A stretch of 42,173 nt of DNA from Bacillales bacterium (lineage in GTDB: Bacteria; Bacillota_I; Bacilli_A; RF39; UBA660). Of this stretch, positions 20,151-28,905 are shown piece by piece; the first letter of the stretch is position 1; each line of letters opens with the position of its first letter. The position numbers and the translations under genes are program-made. The notes beneath the pieces were generated by a model. That model did not search any database and had not been told where the DNA came from. It worked only from the letters and a program-made list of their open reading frames with translations. The stretch is from positions 1 through 42,173 of the forward strand of contig JAEEYW010000033.1 of assembly GCA_016288305.1 (NCBI GenBank), given 5' to 3'.

Positions 20151-20162
20151 GATACTTTTTTT
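20135..20162. terminator. Bidirectional terminator ymfH/ileS
   Basis: AAAAAAAGTATC-ATAA-GATACTTTTTTT. Confidence 0.7.
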
Positions 20163-23100
20163 ATATTCTTTCAACTTTTAATTCAGCTGTCTCATCATTT
20201 AATTCATATTCTTCTGAAACATTTGCTTGTTTAATAATTTCTTCAGCTAAAGTTTCATTTTTAATATATGCTTCAAATGATTCCATAACATTATCAATTG
20301 TTTCATTACCATCATAATAAATTCTAATATGATCAGTAATAACTAAATCTAATTCTTTTCTAATACTTTGAACTTTACGAACTATTTCTCTTGCGATACC
20401 TTCATTAATTAAATCTGTAGTAAGTTCTGTATTTAAAACGATACATGTATTTTTATTAGCGGAGGATGCATAGCCTTCTTTAGATACAATACTGATTAAT
20501 ACCATATCACTAGTTACTTCCATATCCTCACCATCAACTTTAATAACCTTACTTCCCTCTTTAATTTCCTCAATATCAGAGCTACTTAAAGTAGTTAAAG
20601 CATCTTGGAAAGATTTAATCTTACTTCCTAAAGTTTTACCAACTTCTCTAAAGTTTGGTTTAATAACATAATCCATATAAGAAGATAAATCTTTAATATA
20701 TGTAATATTTTTAACATTTAATTCTTCTTTAATTACTGACTCTAAATCACCAATTATTTCCTTATCATTTGCTGGTAAAATAACTTCGCTAATTGGTTGT
20801 CTAACTTTAATCTTAACGTCTTCTCTAGCATCTCTACCTAAACTACAAATATCTCTTACTAAATCCATACGTTTTTCAACTTCTTCATCAATTAATGAAG
20901 CATCACATTTAGGGAAATCACATAAATGTACAGATTCTAAACCTGTTAAACATTTATATATTTCTTCTGATATATATGGAGTTATAGGAGCAACTAATTT
21001 AGTTATAGCTACCAATACTTCATATGTTGTTAAATAAACAGCTTTCTTATCTTCCGTTAATTCAGATTCCCAGAATCTTCTTCTATTACCTCTTATGTAC
21101 CAGTTAGATAAATCATCATTCAAAAAATCAGTTATCTTTCTTGTTACAGGGTTCAAATCATACACATCATATGCTTCAGTAACTTCTTTAATTAATTTAT
21201 TTAACTTAGATATTAACCATTTATCCATAATATTTCTTTCAGAAGCAGGAATACTATATTCACGAGGATCAATATGATCTGCGTTAGCATACATTTGGAA
21301 GAATGAATAAGTATTTTTCAAAGTTGAAATATACTTAGATAATACTTCTTTCAAACCATCCTCATCAAATTTTAATGGTGTCCATGTAGGAGAAACATAA
21401 GCTAAATACCATCTTACAGTATCAGCACCATATCCTTCAATAACAGTAAATGGTTCAATAGCATTACCTTTACTCTTATGCATTTTATGACCAAATTTAT
21501 CCAATAATAATTCATTAACTAAAACATTTTTATAAGGTGATTTACCTGTTACAAAAACACCAATACAAATTAATGAATAAAACCATCCTCTTGTTTGATC
21601 GATACCCTCAGCTATAAAGTCAGCCGGATATTGTGATTCCCATAATTCTTTATTCTCAAATGGATAATGATATTGCGCAAAAGGCATTGCTCCTGAGTCA
21701 AACCAACAATCAATAACAGCTTTGTCTCTTGTCATTTCTTTTCCACATACTGGACATTTTAGATGTATATCATCAACAAATGGTCTATGCAAATCAATTG
21801 TTTCAACATCAACTTTTTCAATAGCTTTACTAGCTAATTCTTCTCTTGAACCAATCATTTCTGTATGACCACATGAGCATTTCCATAATGGTAATGGTGT
21901 GCCCCAATATCTATTACGGCTAATAGCCCAGTCATTCATATTTTCAAGCCAATTTCCAAAACGTTTCTCACCAACAAATGATGGATACCAATTAACTTTT
22001 TTATTTTCTTCAATAATTTTATCTTTAAGTTTTGTAACCTCTAAATAATAACTTGGTCTTGAATAATATACAAGTGGTGAATCACATCTCCAACAATGTG
22101 GATAATCATGTTTAATTTTTTGTTTCTTAAACAACTTATCGTTTTCTTTTAACCATTTAATTACTTCTAAATCAGCTTCAAATATATTCATACCCTTCCA
22201 TAAACCAGCAGTATAACATGCATCTTCACCAACTGGATTAACATAAGGTAATTTATATTTTTTACCTACTTTAGCATCATCTTCACCAAAAGCTGGAGCG
22301 ATATGAACGATACCAGTACCATCTGACATTGTTACATAATTATCACATGTAACAAAAAATCCCTTACCAGATACTTCAATATCACTTGGAATTAATTGTT
22401 CATATTCTATATATTCTAAGTCTTTACCTTTATAAGTTTCTAATACTTTATAATCTTCACCTAAAACAGTTGTAGCTAAAGCTTTAGCCAAAATAAACTT
22501 ATAACCCATAGACTCTACTTTAACATATTCTTCATCTGGGTTGACACATAAAGCAACATTAGATATTAAAGTCCATGGTGTTGTAGTCCAAACTAAAAAG
22601 TAAGCATCTTCATCTTTTTTCTTAAATGGTACAATAACTGTATTAGCATCAATTTCTTTATATCCTTGCGCAACTTCATGAGAAGCTAAACCTGTTCCAC
22701 ATCTTGGACACCAAGGCATTATCTTAACACCTTCATAGAATAAACCCTCATCATAAAATTTCTTTAAAATCCACCATTCAGTCTCAATATAATTATTATC
22801 ATAAGTAATATATCTATTATCCAAATCAATGAATTGACCCATTTTATCAGTTAGTCTTCTAAAAGCAGCTTCATTATCCCATACGGTTTCTTTACATAAA
22901 GCATTAAACTCTTTAATACCATATTTTTCAATATCACTTTTTCCTGTAAAACCTAGCTTTTTTTCAACATTAACTTCAACAGGTAAACCATGTGTATCCC
23001 ATCCAACTTTTCTTAATACCCTATTACCTTGCATAGTTTTGTATTTACAGAATGAATCCTTTAAAAATTTAGCTACCATATGATGTAATCCTGGCATACC

Positions 23101-23250
23101 ATTTGCTGTAGCAGGTCCATCATAAAATACCCAATTATCATTAGTTGCTCTATTTTCAATAGTTCTATTTAATATATCTTGTTTTTTCCATTCTTCTAAA
23201 ATACTATTTTCAACTTCATTCACTTTTCTTTTATCTAATTCTTTAAACAT
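20161..23250 (-). CDS. ileS: Isoleucine--tRNA ligase, type 2 (IleRS2)
   Basis: FYDGPATANGMPGLHH, GWDTHGLPVE, WTTTPWTL, GTGIVHIAPAFGEDD, DWAISRNRYWGTP, EGIDQTRGWF, KMHKS, type-2 C-terminus EGIAREIVRKVQ; true start ATG 23250 (SD AAGGAGG). Confidence 0.97.
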   Translation of the reverse strand: MFKELDKRKVNEVENSILEEWKKQDILNRTIENRATNDNWVFYDGPATANGMPGLHHMVAKFLKDSFCKYKTMQGNRVLRKVGWDTHGLPVEVNVEKKLGFTGKSDIEKYGIKEFNALCKETVWDNEAAFRRLTDKMGQFIDLDNRYITYDNNYIETEWWILKKFYDEGLFYEGVKIMPWCPRCGTGLASHEVAQGYKEIDANTVIVPFKKKDEDAYFLVWTTTPWTLISNVALCVNPDEEYVKVESMGYKFILAKALATTVLGEDYKVLETYKGKDLEYIEYEQLIPSDIEVSGKGFFVTCDNYVTMSDGTGIVHIAPAFGEDDAKVGKKYKLPYVNPVGEDACYTAGLWKGMNIFEADLEVIKWLKENDKLFKKQKIKHDYPHCWRCDSPLVYYSRPSYYLEVTKLKDKIIEENKKVNWYPSFVGEKRFGNWLENMNDWAISRNRYWGTPLPLWKCSCGHTEMIGSREELASKAIEKVDVETIDLHRPFVDDIHLKCPVCGKEMTRDKAVIDCWFDSGAMPFAQYHYPFENKELWESQYPADFIAEGIDQTRGWFYSLICIGVFVTGKSPYKNVLVNELLLDKFGHKMHKSKGNAIEPFTVIEGYGADTVRWYLAYVSPTWTPLKFDEDGLKEVLSKYISTLKNTYSFFQMYANADHIDPREYSIPASERNIMDKWLISKLNKLIKEVTEAYDVYDLNPVTRKITDFLNDDLSNWYIRGNRRRFWESELTEDKKAVYLTTYEVLVAITKLVAPITPYISEEIYKCLTGLESVHLCDFPKCDASLIDEEVEKRMDLVRDICSLGRDAREDVKIKVRQPISEVILPANDKEIIGDLESVIKEELNVKNITYIKDLSSYMDYVIKPNFREVGKTLGSKIKSFQDALTTLSSSDIEEIKEGSKVIKVDGEDMEVTSDMVLISIVSKEGYASSANKNTCIVLNTELTTDLINEGIAREIVRKVQSIRKELDLVITDHIRIYYDGNETIDNVMESFEAYIKNETLAEEIIKQANVSEEYELNDETAELKVERI

Positions 23251-23271
23251 ATTTATCCTCCTTAATATAAC

Positions 23272-23465
23272 AAAAAAAGTGGTAACCAAAGGGCGAAATA
23301 ATCGCGGTACCACCTTTATTTATAACTTAAATAACTATAACGCGTCACCGTTTATATCTTATCCATATAAAGTATCCAAAGTGATTTGTATAATACTTCC
23401 TTATTAGTTTCCACCAGCCACTAACTCTCTTTTAATTTCATATTATACCGTCTTTTTCATCTACT
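23272..23465 (-). promoter_or_regulatory. T-box riboswitch (Ile, specifier AUC)
   Basis: AGAGAG and GGTGGAA Stem I motifs, GTATAATA/TATTATAC stem, specifier ATC at 23383-23385, T-box AAAGGTGGTACCGCG at 23303-23317 (UGGU fits A73), U-tract 23272-23278. Confidence 0.92.
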
Positions 23466-23922
23466 CTAATTCTATTTTTTCAATATCATCAACAACTTCT
23501 AATTGTGTTTCAATAATATCTCTTAATCGTTTTTTAAATACGATAACATTTCTTCTTAAACTATCTGCTTCTCTTTGAATGCTTTCAGATCTCATTAAAG
23601 CTTCATTAATAATTCTATTAGCATTCTTTTTAGCATCGTTTACAATAACATCTCTTTCTTGGTAAGCATTTAATTTAACTTGCTCTGTTGTTCTTTCAGC
23701 CATCATAATAGTTCTTTTTAAAGTCTCTTCCATTCTCACATACTGCTCTTTACTTTGTTTTAAAGCACTATATTCAGCTTCCATATTTTTGTATGCCTTA
23801 AGTTGTTCATCTTTGGCTTTAATCTCTTCCACCATACCTTCAACTTGAGCAATTACTTTATCTAAAAACTTATTAACTTCTTCAGGATCGTATCCTCTAA
23901 TTACACGGCTGAACCTTTCCAT
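23461..23922 (-). CDS. divIVA: Cell division protein DivIVA
   Basis: FSRVIRGYDPEEVNKFLD followed by coiled coil; sepF-divIVA-ileS order; ATG 23922 (SD AGAGGTG). Confidence 0.9.
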   Translation of the reverse strand: MERFSRVIRGYDPEEVNKFLDKVIAQVEGMVEEIKAKDEQLKAYKNMEAEYSALKQSKEQYVRMEETLKRTIMMAERTTEQVKLNAYQERDVIVNDAKKNANRIINEALMRSESIQREADSLRRNVIVFKKRLRDIIETQLEVVDDIEKIELE

Positions 23923-23940
23923 AAGCGTCACCTCTTAAAC

Positions 23941-24351
23941 TTACCATTCAATATCTATATCTGTATTATCGTGAATATCTTTACCATCAGTTTCTTCTGT
24001 TATTTTACCATTTACTTTAACATTGTTTGGTGTACATAAGAATATACCTCCACCAACTTTTTGTAAATCACCACCAATAGCATAAATTGTTCCACTTAAG
24101 AAATCAATTATTCTCTTAGCTTGATCTGAAGTTACTCTTTTTAAATTAACAACTACAGTATTACGTTTTTTAAGCTCATCAGCTATTTGTTGTGTTTCAG
24201 AATAAGCACGAGGTTCTAGTAAAACTAATTTAGTACTACCATCTTCCTCCATAGCCTCAGTTGCTGTAACATCATAAAATTGATTATTTACATCATCACC
24301 CATAATATCAGTTTCAGATGTTGAAAACCATTTTTTTAAATTAATTCCCAT
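23941..24351 (-). CDS. sepF: Cell division protein SepF
   Basis: [40 protein letters not shown]; ATG 24351 (SD AAGGAGG). Confidence 0.95.
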   Translation of the reverse strand: MGINLKKWFSTSETDIMGDDVNNQFYDVTATEAMEEDGSTKLVLLEPRAYSETQQIADELKKRNTVVVNLKRVTSDQAKRIIDFLSGTIYAIGGDLQKVGGGIFLCTPNNVKVNGKITEETDGKDIHDNTDIDIEW

Positions 24352-24452
24352 ATTTATCCTCCTTGTGCGAATACTCATCCACACTACTAACACAATTTTA
24401 TCACAAAATAAAAAAATTGTGAATAAAATTTATATAAAATATTAAATTTTAG

Positions 24453-24461
24453 TGATATAAT
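24453..24461 (+). promoter_or_regulatory. Extended -10 promoter of tRNA-Thr
   Basis: TG-A-TATAAT 8 nt upstream of the tRNA. Confidence 0.55.
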
Positions 24462-24469
24462 GTTGATAT

Positions 24470-24543
24470 GCCAATTTAGTTTAATGGTAGAACAAATCCC
24501 TCGTAATGATTAGACGCAAGTTCGATTCTTGCATTTGGCACCA
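24470..24543 (+). tRNA. tRNA-Thr(CGU), 74 nt
   Basis: Acceptor GCCAATT/ATTTGGC, D GTTT/GAAC, anticodon loop CT-CGT-AA, T arm GCAAG-TTCGATT-CTTGC, ACCA end. Confidence 0.9.
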
Positions 24544-24556
24544 TCTTAAAAACATT

Positions 24557-24577
24557 AAGGCTTATTAAGCTTTTTTT
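24557..24577 (+). terminator. Terminator after tRNA-Thr
   Basis: AAGGCTT-ATT-AAGCTTT plus T-tract. Confidence 0.6.
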
Positions 24578-24635
24578 ATTGCATTATCATAGTTATTATG
24601 TTAAAATAAACAGCAGTTTAAAAGTGAGGTGTAAA

Positions 24636-25289
24636 ATGCAATACCAAACAAAGTGGATAGAAAAATTTAAAAAATCTAATTTCGCACGTTTGACAAAAAA
24701 ATACTTTCAATCACGATACAATAAAGTTGGACATTTAGATTTTTTAAATGTAACATACATTGATTATGAAGAACCACAAAACGAATGGTTACTATTTTTT
24801 GTAGAGCCTCATAAAATAGATACTACAAATATTTCAATTAGAATCCCACACGACAAAGAAAAAATAGCTGAATATCTACCAGATGGTATAACATTTGTAA
24901 CAGATACCATCATAAAAAAATTACTTAATAAATACTATAACGGTGAAGCTATTATATTAAACTATCTTGAAACTTCAATCGATTTTGAAGACGATATTAA
25001 ATATGATTGTGAAACAGATGAAGAAAGCTTCCCATCAGGTATACCAGAAAAAGAAATGTGTGACAAATTAAATAAACTATTTAACGACAATGAATTAACA
25101 TTTAAAAAAATTAATTATTGTATCAATACATCAAATAATGATAAACATTATACAAAATACTTTGATGAATGTACATATGATGATAGAAGATTTATTAGAT
25201 ACAAAACAATAAATGATCGTACAAAAGAAGCTGAATTTTATTGGCTTGAAATAAAATCGACCAAAGCAAAGCAAATTTCAATGAAATAA
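24636..25289 (+). CDS. Hypothetical protein
   Basis: ATG 24636 with SD GAGGTG; no recognisable motif. Confidence 0.65.
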   Translation: MQYQTKWIEKFKKSNFARLTKKYFQSRYNKVGHLDFLNVTYIDYEEPQNEWLLFFVEPHKIDTTNISIRIPHDKEKIAEYLPDGITFVTDTIIKKLLNKYYNGEAIILNYLETSIDFEDDIKYDCETDEESFPSGIPEKEMCDKLNKLFNDNELTFKKINYCINTSNNDKHYTKYFDECTYDDRRFIRYKTINDRTKEAEFYWLEIKSTKAKQISMK

Positions 25290-25300
25290 GGAGAAAATTT

Positions 25301-25867
25301 ATGATATATGGATATGATACAGATATAACAAAAGTTATAAAAAGATATGAAATAAGTAATGGTTATATTATTGTAACTTACTTAGACGGAATAGAACAAA
25401 AATATGAATACACTAGAGCAAAAGAAATAGAAATACAAAATACGATGATGAAACAAGCCAAAGAAAGAGATGAAAGTGGCCTTTTAGAACAAACAACTAT
25501 CGACGATAAAAAAATTAAAAACGCTTCCCTAACATTCGCAGCTGTAGCTGCTATGGGTTTTATAAGTGGTTATATGCTTAACAATGAAGGCTTAACTATA
25601 GCAGGCGGCGTTAGCTTAATGAGTTCTGCTATTATAGGCAGTAAAATACTAGACTTACATAAAAAAATACAAGAATTAAAAAAATACAGTTTGTACTTAA
25701 AAAATGTTGATAAAATTCAAGAATTATCGCCATCCGTATATGAAGGCGTTGAACATACTGTAGGTTTAAATATAAATACCATAGATGGTTTTTCATTAGA
25801 TGATTTAAATAAAATCGATGAAAATATTAAAAACCATCATGAAGATAACGTAAAAAAATTCAGTTAA
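25301..25867 (+). CDS. Hypothetical membrane protein (central Gly/Ala-rich hydrophobic hairpin)
   Basis: SD AAGGAG; two adjacent hydrophobic segments ASLTFAAVAAMGFISG / LTIAGGVSLMSSAIIG. Confidence 0.7.
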   Translation: MIYGYDTDITKVIKRYEISNGYIIVTYLDGIEQKYEYTRAKEIEIQNTMMKQAKERDESGLLEQTTIDDKKIKNASLTFAAVAAMGFISGYMLNNEGLTIAGGVSLMSSAIIGSKILDLHKKIQELKKYSLYLKNVDKIQELSPSVYEGVEHTVGLNINTIDGFSLDDLNKIDENIKNHHEDNVKKFS

Positions 25868-25880
25868 AACTGAATTTTTT
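25853..25880. terminator. Bidirectional hairpin centred on overlapping stop codons
   Basis: AAAAAATTCAGTT-AA-AACTGAATTTTTT; TTAA at 25864-25867 holds both stops. Confidence 0.7.
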
Positions 25881-27264
25881 CTTTTATATAATCGGCAACT
25901 TCATCTAATTTTAATGTGATTTGTTCCATAGTATCTCTATCTCTTAATGTAACAGTTCCACTATTTAATGTTTCATCATCAACAGTTATACAAAATGGTG
26001 TTCCAACAACATCTTGTCTACGATATCTTTTACCAATATTTCCTGTTTCATCATATGAAACACTAAATTGTTTAGATAAATCTTGATATATTTCAATAGC
26101 TTTATCGCTATGCATTTTTTTAATTAAAGGTAAAACAGCAACTTTATAAGGAGCTAAGAAAGGTTTTAATTTTAATACTTCTCTTTCACTACCATCATCT
26201 AAAGTTTCTTTATGATAACATTCAGTTAAAATAGCTAAGAATAATCTATCAACACCTACAGATGGTTCAACAACATATGGAACATATTTTTCATTTGTTT
26301 CAGGATCTAAATATCTTAAATCCTCTTTAGAATGATCCATATGGACAGATAAATCATAATCTGTACGGTCAGCTATGCCCCATAATTCACCCCAACCCAT
26401 TGGGAATAAATATTCAATATCAGTTGTAGCTTTACTATAAAAAGATAATTCTTCTTTAGCATGATCTCTATATCTTAAATTAGAACCAGTCAAACCTAAT
26501 TCCTTTAAGAAATCTAAACAATATTGTTTCCAGAAACCAAACCACTCTAAATCAGTATCAGGTTTACAGAAAAATTCTAATTCCATTTGTTCAAACTCTC
26601 TAACTCTAAAAATAAAGTTTCCAGGTGTAATTTCATTTCTAAAACTCTTACCTATTTGTCCAATACCAAAAGGTAATTTAGCACGCATACTTCTTTGAAC
26701 ATTAACAAAGTTAACAAAGATACCTTGCGCTGTTTCACCTCTTAAATAAGCTTTACTCTTAGAATCTTCAGTAACACCAATATGTGTTTCAAATAACAAA
26801 TTAAACTTACGTATCGGCGTGAAATCAGAAGCACCACATTTTGGACATGGTACATGATTCTCTTGAATGAAACTTTCTAATTTTTCATTAGACCAACCAT
26901 CACCAGTCTCTTTACCTTCTGTGAAATCTTCAATTAATTTATCAGCTCTTTCTCTTGATTTACATTTTTTACAATCAATAAGTGGATCAGCAAAAGAAGC
27001 CACATGTCCTGATGCTACCCAAACTTCAGGATTCATAATAATAGCTGAATCTAAACCAAAGTTTTTATAATCTCTATGAGCATTTTCTTGAATGAATTTT
27101 TTCCACCAAGCATTTTTAATATTATTTTTTAACTCTCTACCTAGAGTACCATAATCCCATGAATTAGCTAAACCACCATAAATTTCAGATCCTTGAAAAA
27201 CAAAACCATATTGTTTACAAAAATTAACTAATTCCTCCATTGTTATATTTGTATTCTTTTCCAT
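25864..27264 (-). CDS. glyQS: Glycine--tRNA ligase, homodimeric alpha2 type
   Basis: SEIYGGLANSWDYG, LRGETAQGIF, SFRNEITPGNFIFRVREFEQME, GELWGIADRTDYDL, VEPSVGVDR. Confidence 0.97.
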   Translation of the reverse strand: MEKNTNITMEELVNFCKQYGFVFQGSEIYGGLANSWDYGTLGRELKNNIKNAWWKKFIQENAHRDYKNFGLDSAIIMNPEVWVASGHVASFADPLIDCKKCKSRERADKLIEDFTEGKETGDGWSNEKLESFIQENHVPCPKCGASDFTPIRKFNLLFETHIGVTEDSKSKAYLRGETAQGIFVNFVNVQRSMRAKLPFGIGQIGKSFRNEITPGNFIFRVREFEQMELEFFCKPDTDLEWFGFWKQYCLDFLKELGLTGSNLRYRDHAKEELSFYSKATTDIEYLFPMGWGELWGIADRTDYDLSVHMDHSKEDLRYLDPETNEKYVPYVVEPSVGVDRLFLAILTECYHKETLDDGSEREVLKLKPFLAPYKVAVLPLIKKMHSDKAIEIYQDLSKQFSVSYDETGNIGKRYRRQDVVGTPFCITVDDETLNSGTVTLRDRDTMEQITLKLDEVADYIKEKIQF

Positions 27265-27284
27265 ATATTTCCTCCTTAAAATAT

Positions 27285-27400
27285 AAAAACTTCTAGATAT
27301 ATAAGGACTCTATTTATAGAGCGGTTCCACCTTATTTATTCTAGAAGAATCTCTTTATTTTATATTGCTGTTAGGTTTCCAAGCCCGTCATCGCATGTAT
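27285..27400 (-). promoter_or_regulatory. Miniature T-box riboswitch (Gly)
   Basis: T-box AAGGTGGAACCGC at 27321-27333 (UGGA fits U73 of tRNA-Gly), antiterminator closes with GTCCTTAT, AAAGAG plus Stem III 27338-27356, short Stem I 27366-27395 with GGA. Confidence 0.85.
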
Positions 27401-27406
27401 ATACAT

Positions 27407-27435
27407 ATTTTATTACTAAAACAACTTCAAGTCAA
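27407..27435 (-). promoter_or_regulatory. sigmaA promoter of glyQS
   Basis: TTGACT-N17-TAAAAT. Confidence 0.75.
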
Positions 27436-28815
27436 TTATTTTTTAATTGCTTTAGATAAATAACCTTTTTTCCTTATTAGGACTTCACTACTATCGTATT
27501 TATTATTAATATTTGTATAAATAGTAGAAGCTAAAGTATAAGCATTACCAAAAACCATTGTGAAATTATCTTTTTTAAAAATAGGATCAATAACAAGTAC
27601 TGGCAATTTACCAGATAAGTTAACATAAGCTTTCATAAAATTATCAACACTTATTTCTTTCTTCATACCATATAAAGAAGATATAAATAAACTTACTTTA
27701 TTGCCAACACATATATCATGTACGGCACCTATTAATTTATCCAAATTAGTTAAATTATCAGTTAATTCCTTAACTGTTTTAGCATTTTCAATATGATAAT
27801 CAATAACTATTAAATCATATTCAGAATTAACAATTATGTCATTAATTTTCTTTAAGCTAAAATCAACATCAACACGAGCATATGAAATATTAGGATCAAT
27901 ATCATTAACTAACCCATTATTCAAATAATTAATTTGTGGCATATAAGCAGGTGTCGTTAAAACTAGTGCCTTAGCATTAATAGATTTTAATGAATTACTC
28001 ATAGAATCCTTAGAGATAGGATAATTATACATAGGGTATTTAATGCCCTTTAAAGGAAACATTGAATAAAACTTAACATCAGGTGTTATAGAAGAAATAT
28101 TCATAATTAAATTACTTGCATCTACGTAATCATAATTAAATATAAAATATGAATCATTACTATCTATTTTAAATCCTTCGTTAACATAAAACTCTTTAGC
28201 GTTACAAGGCATAGTTTTAGAAGACAATAGTGAGCTAAATTTACGAGCTGCATCTTTCCATGTTTCACCAATACTATTTTTAAGCATATTCATATAATTA
28301 TTTAAATCATTACCAAAAATAACATTCTTACCTACTATTGTTGCAATTGTACAATCATAATCATAAGCAATTTTAGATACAAGATGCTCTAAATCTTTAT
28401 AATTATCAATATCTTGTGAAGATAAAATAATATGTAAAAAGATAGGGTTTTGTTTTTTATTTCTTATAAATCTTATAAAGTTTTTTAAATACTCTAAATT
28501 TTTTTCATTTTCTAAATACATAAACAATTGAATTCTTGAATCACCAATATTACTCAAATAAAATTTCATATTATTATCACGTTCAAATTGTTCCATATGT
28601 CTATCTAATAAAGCATAAGTCAATGGATACTTATTACCTGTACTAAATAATCTATAACCATCAATAAAATTATATTCTGAACTTTCTATTGTTGAAAACA
28701 AATATCTTTTAATATATCCATCCAAATTAGGCATCAATTTAGCGTTATATATACTATATGAATCGGCTTGTTCAACACCAAAACCATTCATTAGAAATAA
28801 AACTGTTTTTTTCAA
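27436..28815 (-). CDS. Cofactor-independent phosphoglycerate mutase (GpmI)-like protein lacking catalytic residues
   Basis: KKTVLFLMNGFG..AKLMPNLD N-terminus, IATIVGK, FIFNY, LDKLIG, LFISSLYG, LPVLVI, LASTI follow the iPGM layout; TTG start with SD AAGGAGG. Confidence 0.65.
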   Translation of the reverse strand: MKKTVLFLMNGFGVEQADSYSIYNAKLMPNLDGYIKRYLFSTIESSEYNFIDGYRLFSTGNKYPLTYALLDRHMEQFERDNNMKFYLSNIGDSRIQLFMYLENEKNLEYLKNFIRFIRNKKQNPIFLHIILSSQDIDNYKDLEHLVSKIAYDYDCTIATIVGKNVIFGNDLNNYMNMLKNSIGETWKDAARKFSSLLSSKTMPCNAKEFYVNEGFKIDSNDSYFIFNYDYVDASNLIMNISSITPDVKFYSMFPLKGIKYPMYNYPISKDSMSNSLKSINAKALVLTTPAYMPQINYLNNGLVNDIDPNISYARVDVDFSLKKINDIIVNSEYDLIVIDYHIENAKTVKELTDNLTNLDKLIGAVHDICVGNKVSLFISSLYGMKKEISVDNFMKAYVNLSGKLPVLVIDPIFKKDNFTMVFGNAYTLASTIYTNINNKYDSSEVLIRKKGYLSKAIKK

Positions 28816-28843
28816 TTTTACCCCTCCTTATTATTCTTATAAC

Positions 28844-28872
28844 ATTATATATTATTTAGATGAATTTATCAA
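28844..28872 (-). promoter_or_regulatory. sigmaA promoter of the iPGM-like gene
   Basis: TTGATA-N17-TATAAT. Confidence 0.65.
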
Positions 28873-28877
28873 GTATT

Positions 28878-28905
28878 AAAAAAGTTGAAGCATTAACTTC
28901 AACTT
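28878..28905 (-). terminator. Terminator after aspS
   Basis: AAGTTGAAG-N6-CTTCAACTT with A-tract. Confidence 0.8.

Noticed and set aside
23251-23313. N-terminal extension of IleRS in the ORF track (similarly 32961-32990 for the AAA gene)
   Set aside because: These lie within T-box leaders; SD positions support the downstream starts
23248-24364. Identical 16-mer CATATTTATCCTCCTT before ileS and sepF
   Set aside because: Explained by SD plus AT-rich spacer plus ATG
16721-25867. Integrated element at tRNA-Lys or tRNA-Thr
   Set aside because: No integrase and no duplicated tRNA 3' end noticed
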